Positions 37,911 through 45,114 of a stretch of 45,114 nucleotides of DNA are shown piece after piece; within the stretch, counting starts at the first letter, position 1, and each line of letters starts with the position of its first letter. The translations under genes were made by a program, and so were the position numbers. The stretch is from an uncultured Ruminococcus sp. (GTDB lineage Bacteria; Bacillota; Clostridia; Oscillospirales; Ruminococcaceae): positions 1 through 45,114 of the forward strand of contig CADAPI010000015.1 of assembly GCA_902789705.1 (NCBI GenBank), in the 5' to 3' direction. Below the pieces are notes generated by a model. The model was not told the DNA's origin and ran no database searches. It was given only the letters and a program-made list of their open reading frames with translations.

Positions 37911-39665
37911 ATGAAAAAAGTTAAAAGGATCTTATCGTTTCTGATATCGGCATCTCTTGGCCTGTCGCTTGCTGTTCCGTCATGTCTGCCTGCGGTTTCA
38001 GCTGAAGAGGAATTTACCGGATACGACGTGACCCATATCGACAGCGTACTTGCGGATTTTGAACTTTCTCTCACATCTGACGACCGGAGCTTTATAAAGT
38101 CGATGTATGACAAAATAATAGAAGAGGTCGATTACGCCTACTATCAGCTTGTTCTTTCCAAGGTTCAGTATTCTCAGAATATGACCGGTGAAAACCGTGA
38201 GACCTTTAATGTTATGTCAGCTTCCTGCCGGTATGTTATTTCGAGGATAAATGAAACACTGTCAAAAGCGGTCAGTACGAAAAACGGTGAATACGTCTTT
38301 TCTCTGATGCAGGACGGATATATTCAGCAGAATCATCAGTATACAGTCAAGAAAGCTGAAGAAACCGAAGAGATGATAGCACGGAAAAATGAACTTCTTC
38401 AGAAATACATCGACGTTCTCGGATCATCCCGTTCAGAAAAGGAAAAGGAACTTGCCTGCGCTGAAATTTATCTGGATCTGGCAAAGTACTACAACAGCCT
38501 TATACTTACAGAAAACTGCAGTTACATCGACTATGCCTACCAGCTCTACTGCAGGGATTATACCGCGGATGACATTGCGAAGCTTAACGATGCGGCTGCA
38601 GAAAAATTAAGCGATGCATTTCAGAAGATCACAGGCCGTGCGGCAAAGGTATATGTTAAGGAAGCAGGAGAAAAAAAGTTTGACGACAACTTTGACGTAG
38701 TGTCGCAGTTTGCCTACAGGGTCTCGGATGATCTCCGCGAATCTGCCGGCATGGTTGCTGAACGCGGTCTTTATAAAACAGGCAGCGGGAACAGTGACAC
38801 CACCTCGTACACCACCAAGCTCAATTATATCGAAGCGGCTGTCATTTATCAGTATATCAGGGGCGAAAGCAAGGATTTTTCCACGACTGCGCATGAATTC
38901 GGACATTTTAATGCGCTGCGTCAGGATACCACGCCTTATCTCTACATACACGGAAGCAATCTTGACATCGCGGAGGTACAGTCTCAGGGCCTTGAGGTGC
39001 TCTACACAGATTTTTACGACTCCATCTACGGTGTGAACGATGAATATCTTCGCCTGACTGAAGCGGCTTCGCTTCTTGTTGCCATCGCCGGCGGATTTCA
39101 GGGCAACGAATTTGAGAACTACGTTTTTGAACATGCGGACAGCATGACTCCTGAAGACGTAGTGGACAAATATCACGAGCTGGCTGAAAAGTACAAGCTC
39201 TATAATGTTTCGTTCTGTGAGATAGCACACTTTTTCCAGATGCCGGGTTATTACATAAGCTACGCAGTCTCGGCGCTTGCAGCCATCGATCTCTGGACTG
39301 TTATGTACAGGGATTTTGACAGGGCCGCTGAGATGTATACAGATATATCCCATATCTCGATATACGACGGGACCGGTTTTGCGAATGCACTTGAATCAGC
39401 AGGATTTGACGATGTGCTCGATGAGAATTTCATAACGGACAAAATACCGAAGCTTGCTGAAGATCTTACTGACGGGATCATTTACGGCGATACGGACGGA
39501 AACGGAATAATAAACACGGCCGATATTACAAACCTTGTGAAGGTGATCCTGACATTGGGAGCGGCAGACGGAGATGCAATAAAGAGAGGAGATCTGGACT
39601 GCGACGGAGCCGTAAATGCTTCGGATCTTCTTAAGCTTAAACGTATTATGTCGAAAAATTACTGA
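37911..39665 (+). CDS. Secreted M3-like zinc metallopeptidase with C-terminal dockerin
   Basis: Signal peptide; TTAHEFGH (HExxH); DIAEVQSQGLE; HFFQMPGYYISY; dockerin GDTDGNGIINTADI...GDLDCDGAVNASDL. Confidence 0.82.
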   Translation: MKKVKRILSFLISASLGLSLAVPSCLPAVSAEEEFTGYDVTHIDSVLADFELSLTSDDRSFIKSMYDKIIEEVDYAYYQLVLSKVQYSQNMTGENRETFNVMSASCRYVISRINETLSKAVSTKNGEYVFSLMQDGYIQQNHQYTVKKAEETEEMIARKNELLQKYIDVLGSSRSEKEKELACAEIYLDLAKYYNSLILTENCSYIDYAYQLYCRDYTADDIAKLNDAAAEKLSDAFQKITGRAAKVYVKEAGEKKFDDNFDVVSQFAYRVSDDLRESAGMVAERGLYKTGSGNSDTTSYTTKLNYIEAAVIYQYIRGESKDFSTTAHEFGHFNALRQDTTPYLYIHGSNLDIAEVQSQGLEVLYTDFYDSIYGVNDEYLRLTEAASLLVAIAGGFQGNEFENYVFEHADSMTPEDVVDKYHELAEKYKLYNVSFCEIAHFFQMPGYYISYAVSALAAIDLWTVMYRDFDRAAEMYTDISHISIYDGTGFANALESAGFDDVLDENFITDKIPKLAEDLTDGIIYGDTDGNGIINTADITNLVKVILTLGAADGDAIKRGDLDCDGAVNASDLLKLKRIMSKNY

Positions 39666-39671
39666 TGCGGG

Positions 39672-39727
39672 TTTTCAACATAATTTTTAACTTTTCAACA
39701 ATACAGCGTGTGGACAAATGTGAAAAA
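39672..39727. promoter_or_regulatory. Cluster of four DnaA-box-like 9-mers upstream of purB
   Basis: TTTTCAACA (39672, 39692), TGTGGACAA (39709), TGTGAAAAA (39719); 0-1 mismatch to TTWTNCACA. Confidence 0.45.
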
Positions 39728-39849
39728 CGGAAGTTTGCCCGTATGTCGAAAAATTATGACGTGAAAACCTTGATTAATCAGTGCGGATATGATACAATTA
39801 AAATACTAATGTAAAAATAAATTCTTAAAATAATAAAGGAGTTTTTCTG

Positions 39850-41280
39850 ATGACTAACAGTTATGAAAGTCCGTTCTGCACGCGTTATGCAAGCAAGGAA
39901 ATGCAGTTCGTTTTTTCCGCAGACAAGAAATTCACAACCTGGAGAAAACTCTGGGTGGCTCTTGCAAGAGCTGAAATGAAGCTTGGTCTTCCTGTTACTG
40001 AAAAGCAGGTTGCGGAACTCGAGGCAAACATCGACAACATCGACTATGCGGCAGCAAAGGAACGTGAAAAGGTATGCCGTCACGATGTAATGTCACACGT
40101 TTATGCTTACGGTCTTGTATGTCCGGAAGCTAAGGGTATCATCCATCTTGGAGCAACTTCATGCTATGTAGGCGACAACACAGACGTGATCATTATGCGC
40201 GATGCGCTTAAAATAGTTCACAAGAAGCTCGTGACCGTTATTTCACAGCTTTCAAAGTTCGCTGATGAATACAAGGATATGCCTGCGCTTGCATATACAC
40301 ATCTTCAGCCTGCACAGCTTACAACAGTCGGCAAGCGTGCAACTCTCTGGATCAATGAATTCCTCATGGATCTCGAAGAGATCGAGTACAGAATAAAGAA
40401 CTTAAAGCTTTTAGGGTCAAAGGGTACAACAGGTACACAGGCTTCATTCGTTGAGCTTTTTGAAGGCGATTCTTCAAAGATCAAGAAGCTTGAGGCAATG
40501 ATCGCTGAAGAAATGGGATTCGATGGTGTTGTTCCTGTTTCAGGTCAGACTTATTCAAGAAAGGTCGATTCACAGATCATCGCAACACTCAGCGGACTCG
40601 CTCAGTCTGCAAGCAAGTTCTCAAATGACATGCGTATCCTCCAGAGCTTTAAGGAAATGGAAGAACCATTCGAAAAGGGACAGATCGGCTCTTCAGCAAT
40701 GGCTTACAAGAGAAATCCTATGCGCTGCGAAAGAATCACTTCTCTTGCACGTTACCTTATGATAGACAGCTTAAACCCTGCATTCACAGCAGGTACACAG
40801 TGGTTCGAAAGAACACTTGATGACAGTGCAAACAAGAGAATCTCAGTAGCTGAAGGTTTCCTTGCAGCAGACGCTATTCTCAACATCCTCATCAACGTAA
40901 CAAGCTCACTGGTTGTTTACCCTAAGATGATCCGCCGCAGAATCATGGCTGAACTTCCTTTCATGGCTACTGAAAACATCATGATGAACGCAGTTAAGAA
41001 GGGCGGCGACAGACAGACTCTCCACGAAAGAATCCGTGAATATTCAATGATCGCTGGTAAGCATGTCAAGGAAGAAGGTCTCGAAAACGATCTCTGTGAC
41101 ATGATCCTTAAGGACGAAATGTTCATGATCACAAAGGAAGAGCTCGACGCTATACTTAAGCCTGAAAACTTCACAGGCCGCAGTTCTGAACAGGTTACAG
41201 AGTTTATCGAAACATGTGTAAAGCCAGTGCTTGACGCACATTCAGACGAAACAGGAGAAACTGCAGAGATCAACGTCTGA
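39850..41280 (+). CDS. purB: Adenylosuccinate lyase
   Basis: RHDVM, IHLGATS, THLQPAQ, GSSAMAYKRNP. Confidence 0.96.
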   Translation: MTNSYESPFCTRYASKEMQFVFSADKKFTTWRKLWVALARAEMKLGLPVTEKQVAELEANIDNIDYAAAKEREKVCRHDVMSHVYAYGLVCPEAKGIIHLGATSCYVGDNTDVIIMRDALKIVHKKLVTVISQLSKFADEYKDMPALAYTHLQPAQLTTVGKRATLWINEFLMDLEEIEYRIKNLKLLGSKGTTGTQASFVELFEGDSSKIKKLEAMIAEEMGFDGVVPVSGQTYSRKVDSQIIATLSGLAQSASKFSNDMRILQSFKEMEEPFEKGQIGSSAMAYKRNPMRCERITSLARYLMIDSLNPAFTAGTQWFERTLDDSANKRISVAEGFLAADAILNILINVTSSLVVYPKMIRRRIMAELPFMATENIMMNAVKKGGDRQTLHERIREYSMIAGKHVKEEGLENDLCDMILKDEMFMITKEELDAILKPENFTGRSSEQVTEFIETCVKPVLDAHSDETGETAEINV

Positions 41281-41343
41281 TCCTGCATTCAATGCTGTTT
41301 TGTCACAGCATTCCATTAAATACAATCAAACGGAGGAAAAAAA

Positions 41344-42753
41344 GTGAAGAATATTAAAAAGCCCGTATTCTTTATTGTGTTCCTGCTTATCATCGCTTTT
41401 TCCTACACCGCGATATTCGGTGTGAAATACCAGTACGGTGATATTTCAACAACACACATTAAAGATGTATCGGACATAAGACTCGGTATAGACATCCAGG
41501 GCGGTGTTGACGTTACTTTTACACCTGCTGACGGATTTGATGCCTCAGAGGAACAGCTCGATTCCGTAAAGGAAGTAATGAAGGTGCGTCTCGCATCACT
41601 CGGTATTACTGACAGCAACGTTTACGTTGACAACAACAATGACCGTATCATCGTTCGTTTCCCTTGGCAGTCATCAGAATCAGACTTCGATCCTGAAGCA
41701 GCCGTTAAGGAACTCGGCGGTACAGCGATGCTCACATTCCGTGAGGGTACTGATTCATCAACAAATGAAAACGGCGAAACAGTTCCGACTGGTACACTCG
41801 TTCTCAACGGTGATGACGTAGACAACGCAAGAGCAGGCTACCAGCCTAAAGATGACGGCAGCTACGAATACGTTGTTTCACTCGAACTCAAGCCTGAGGG
41901 TGCTGAAAAATTCTCTGAAGCTACAGGCAGACTTTCAGAGAGCAAGGGACAGATCTCCATCTGGATGGATAACACTCTTATTTCTGCTCCTACAGTACAG
42001 GCTCACATCACAACAGGCAAGGCTATCATTTCAGGAAGCTTTGAAACATATGAAGACGCCAAGGCTCTTGCAGACAAGATCAATTCAGGTGCTCTTCCGT
42101 TCTCACTTACAACATCAAGCTTCTCAACTATTTCACCTACACTCGGTTCAGGTGCTCTTAAGGCAATGATCTTCGGCGGCCTTATCGCATTTGCGTTTAT
42201 CGCTCTCTATATGATCGTTCTTTACAGACTTCCGGGTTTCGTTGCAGTTATCGGTCTTATCGGTCAGGTAACATGCACTCTTGCAGCTGTTTCCGGTTAC
42301 TTCAGCTTCATGAACAGCTCAACACTTACTATACCTGGTATTGCAGGTATCATTCTTTCAGTTGGTATGGGCGTTGACGCAAATATCATCACAGCAGAGC
42401 GTATCAAGGAAGAACTCCGTTCAGGCAAGAAGCTCAACACTGCTCTTGAAGCAGGTTACAAGAGAGCGTTCTCAGCTATCTTCGACGGAAACCTCACACT
42501 CATCCTCATCGCTATCATTCTCATGGGTGCTTTCGGTGTTCCGGACAGCCTCTTTGCAAAAATGCTCAGCTTCATCTTCAGATGGTTCGGTACAACTACT
42601 GAAGGTACCATCTATTCATTCGGTTTCACTCTTACTGTCGGTGCTATCCTTAACTTCGTTATGGGTGTATGGGCTTCAAGACTTATGCTCGGCTCACTTT
42701 CAAAGTTCAGCATCTTCAAGAACAGAAAGCTTTACGGAGGTCCTGAAAAATGA
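41344..42753 (+). CDS. secD: Protein translocase subunit SecD
   Basis: RLGIDIQGG, SGALP, ISPTLG, TLTIPGIAGIILSVGMGVDANII..ERIKEE. Confidence 0.94.
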   Translation: MKNIKKPVFFIVFLLIIAFSYTAIFGVKYQYGDISTTHIKDVSDIRLGIDIQGGVDVTFTPADGFDASEEQLDSVKEVMKVRLASLGITDSNVYVDNNNDRIIVRFPWQSSESDFDPEAAVKELGGTAMLTFREGTDSSTNENGETVPTGTLVLNGDDVDNARAGYQPKDDGSYEYVVSLELKPEGAEKFSEATGRLSESKGQISIWMDNTLISAPTVQAHITTGKAIISGSFETYEDAKALADKINSGALPFSLTTSSFSTISPTLGSGALKAMIFGGLIAFAFIALYMIVLYRLPGFVAVIGLIGQVTCTLAAVSGYFSFMNSSTLTIPGIAGIILSVGMGVDANIITAERIKEELRSGKKLNTALEAGYKRAFSAIFDGNLTLILIAIILMGAFGVPDSLFAKMLSFIFRWFGTTTEGTIYSFGFTLTVGAILNFVMGVWASRLMLGSLSKFSIFKNRKLYGGPEK

Positions 42754-43706
42754 GTAAGACACAAAAATCAGCTAATTCCGGAACAGGTGCAGATATCAAA
42801 CGCCTCGATATTACCGGACACAGAAAGATATTCTACATCATCTCGCTCGCACTCATCGTTTTAGCCGTTGTGGTAACATTCCTCGGCGCTGACGTTGCTA
42901 TCGAGTTCAAGGGCGGTACAATGATCACATACTCATTTGCAGGCGATATAAACGATGCAGATGCAGAAAAGAAGGTAGAAGAACTCACCGGTGCAAACGT
43001 AACTGTTCAGCAGGGTGAAATGTTCCAGAGCGACAGAAAGAAGCTTTCAATTTCTTTCGTTTCAAATGAAGGTTTTACTGCTGAAAAGCAGACAGCACTT
43101 ACTTCTGCTCTTCAGGAAGCATACAAGGATAACGACCTCCAGATCCTTGACTCAACAGACGTTGCAGCTTCATCAGGACGCAACTTCTTCATCAAGTGTA
43201 TCGTAGCCGTTATCTTCTCAGCTGTTGTTCTCATCCTCTACATCTCACTCCGATTCAAGAGAATGAGCGGCTGGTCATCAGGTATCTGTGCAGTTCTTGC
43301 ACTTCTCCACGATATCGTAGTTACATACGCTGCTTTCGTTCTCATGGGATTCCAGATCAACTCAAACTTCATTGCCGTTGTTCTTACAATCCTCGGCAGC
43401 TCTATCAACGATACAATCGTTGTTTACGACAGAATCAGAGAAAACAGAAAGCTCATGCCGTCAGCAGAGATCCACGATCTTGTTAATATAAGCACAACAC
43501 AGTCAATGACACGTTCATTCAGAACAACGATCACAACTGTTGCTACAATGATCATCATTTCGATCGTTGCATATATGCGCGGCGTAACATCAATCCTCAG
43601 CTTCTCGATCCCGATAAGCGTTGGTATGATCGTTGGTACATATTCATCACTCTGCCTCGCACCAAGCCTCTGGGTTTCAATGCAGAAGGCAAAGAAGAGT
43701 GCATAA
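42750..43706 (+). CDS. secF: Protein translocase subunit SecF
   Basis: IEFKGGT, YISLRF, ALLHDI, LTILGSSINDTIVVYDRIREN, GTYSS. Confidence 0.94.
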   Translation: MSKTQKSANSGTGADIKRLDITGHRKIFYIISLALIVLAVVVTFLGADVAIEFKGGTMITYSFAGDINDADAEKKVEELTGANVTVQQGEMFQSDRKKLSISFVSNEGFTAEKQTALTSALQEAYKDNDLQILDSTDVAASSGRNFFIKCIVAVIFSAVVLILYISLRFKRMSGWSSGICAVLALLHDIVVTYAAFVLMGFQINSNFIAVVLTILGSSINDTIVVYDRIRENRKLMPSAEIHDLVNISTTQSMTRSFRTTITTVATMIIISIVAYMRGVTSILSFSIPISVGMIVGTYSSLCLAPSLWVSMQKAKKSA

Positions 43707-43727
43707 GATTTTTGTTAAGTATAACAC

Positions 43728-43758
43728 AAAAAAGGCAGGCCGTTCGGCCTGCCTTTTC
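43728..43758. terminator. Bidirectional terminator
   Basis: AAAAAAGGCAGGCC-gttc-GGCCTGCCTTTT. Confidence 0.75.
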
Positions 43759-43788
43759 TGATAATGCGCCGCCGGCGCACGTTTTATT

Positions 43789-44343
43789 TCATATCAGCTC
43801 TGTAAGCGTTTTTACAAAGCTCTGCATAATAGAGAGATCAGTTAATGCATCACCGGTTTCGAGTGAATGGTTGGCATTCTCGTAGGTGTAGAGTGTATAG
43901 TCATTCCCCAGTGTGCTCATGTATTCGTTCATAACAGATGAATCGAGCCATGGATCTGCAAGACCGTGGAATATGGCACCTTTGCATCCTCCGAGAAGTT
44001 TCAGAGTGTCTTCCACCGGTGTCATGGATATGTGGTAAACATCTTTCAGTTCATGAGCGGATGTGTACTCAGCCGCGAGAACAGAGCCGAGACTTTTGCC
44101 TGCGAAAACGACCTTTTCATACTGTGAAAAATCTGTTCCTTCCAGTTCAGCCCACACCTGATCGTGTGCCATTCCGTATGCACGGCTCATTGATTCTCTG
44201 TCACCGCGTGTAACGTGCGGAAGATCTGTGTATCTGACCTCTTTTATCTCATATCCGGCTGCCTTCAGTACCTTTTTGGTGTAGTAAAACAGCGGTTTGT
44301 CCGAGTGATATCCTATTCCCGGAAACAGTACTGTAAGTTTCAT
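43789..44343 (-). CDS. Alpha/beta-fold hydrolase
   Basis: FPGIGY, GKSLG nucleophile elbow, HGLADP, NANHSLE. Confidence 0.85.
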   Translation of the reverse strand: MKLTVLFPGIGYHSDKPLFYYTKKVLKAAGYEIKEVRYTDLPHVTRGDRESMSRAYGMAHDQVWAELEGTDFSQYEKVVFAGKSLGSVLAAEYTSAHELKDVYHISMTPVEDTLKLLGGCKGAIFHGLADPWLDSSVMNEYMSTLGNDYTLYTYENANHSLETGDALTDLSIMQSFVKTLTELI

Positions 44344-44560
44344 TCTGATTCATTCCTTTACTTTAATTTGTAATATATTATAGCACAGAATGGATATTAC
44401 TACAAGCTAAATAAGGAAATGGTCAGATAATTAGAGTGATTTATGTTGAAAAATATCATTTTTAATATTATAATAAATACATTGAAGATGGTATTAAAGT
44501 GCTTTGATTTCACGACAAATCATATATCTGTTAAGTAACTCATTGCGGGAGCATTATAAA

Positions 44561-44851
44561 GTGAATAAGAATATAATTATCAAACTCATAAATGATTTTA
44601 TTTCTGCTGAAATGTCTGATGAAAATATATTGAAATTTAGAAATGAGTATGACAATCTGATGGATAATAGCAGAGAATCATTATTTTTAGAGTTAGGTAC
44701 TGATCAATACAATATATTGGATGATATATATATGTTACTCGAGATGTATGAAGAAGACGATATGATCAGAAAGAACGATAAACATTGTATTAACAAAGAG
44801 ACTTTATATTCACATGTTTTAGATAAGTATCAGGAGTTTTGTGGATTTTAA
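44561..44851 (+). CDS. Small acidic AT-rich hypothetical protein, possibly a colicin-D-type immunity protein
   Basis: GTG after GGGAG; helical pattern LINDFIS...F...LDDIY...Y...ETL..V; family assignment is tentative. Confidence 0.55.
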   Translation: MNKNIIIKLINDFISAEMSDENILKFRNEYDNLMDNSRESLFLELGTDQYNILDDIYMLLEMYEEDDMIRKNDKHCINKETLYSHVLDKYQEFCGF

Positions 44852-44871
44852 GGCGATTAGGGGAGATTACT

Positions 44872-45114
44872 ATGGATCATTTTATAGAAACAAACGAACT
44901 TACAAAAAACTACAGGGGCAAAGCAGCTGTGGATAAGGTTTCGCTTCATGTGAAAAAGGGCGAAATATACGGCCTTATCGGGAAAAACGGTGCCGGAAAA
45001 ACTACCTGCATGAAGATGCTTGCGGGACTTGTGCGTCCTGACGGCGGGGATATAATTAAGCATTCCGGTGGCGGCGGTATCCTTAAAACCGGCTGCCTTA
45101 TTGAAAATCCGGGA
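44872..45114 (+). CDS. ABC transporter ATP-binding protein (5' part, runs off the window)
   Basis: [14 protein letters not shown]...[16 protein letters not shown] Walker A...GCLIENPG; GGGGAG RBS. Confidence 0.9.
   Translation, partial: MDHFIETNELTKNYRGKAAVDKVSLHVKKGEIYGLIGKNGAGKTTCMKMLAGLVRPDGGDIIKHSGGGGILKTGCLIENPG

Noticed and set aside
38389-39481. Long antisense or alternate-frame ORFs (for example 38607-39353) and similar shadows over proS, metG, murA and secD/F
   Set aside because: They fully overlap well-supported genes and lack RBS and motifs; typical codon-bias shadows.

Overview
Chromosomal segment of a cellulosome-producing Ruminococcaceae/Oscillospiraceae-like bacterium (three dockerin-bearing secreted proteins, moderate GC, sigmaA-type promoters). 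Housekeeping genes: proS, luxS, prmC, metG, rsmE-recA-recX-rimO-pgsA-cysS, murA, rlmH, purB, secD/secF and tRNA-Glu. Also present are a two-component system and a double CBM35-GH26 mannanase. Most notable: (1) a stand-alone HTH/coiled-coil/amphipathic-tail protein (DUF536, pSK1-Par/RacA-like; 9261-9842) inside a ~2 kb field dense in TAAACC/GGTTTA-type motifs that runs through its promoter, its own ORF and the coding sequence of prmC, a candidate chromosomal centromere/anchoring system; (2) five copies of a 108-109 bp MITE with IS5-like terminal inverted repeats, 4-bp target duplications and covarying hairpins; (3) two orphan promoter-to-terminator sRNA candidates; (4) a possible ABBA-prenyltransferase-fold protein; (5) several lesions (dockerin in the -1 frame behind A_AAA_AAG, duplications at recX and rimO, an internal deletion in cysS, a tRNA 3' remnant) that could be biological or assembly artefacts. 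All counts were made by eye, and family assignments are from motif recognition, not database searches.
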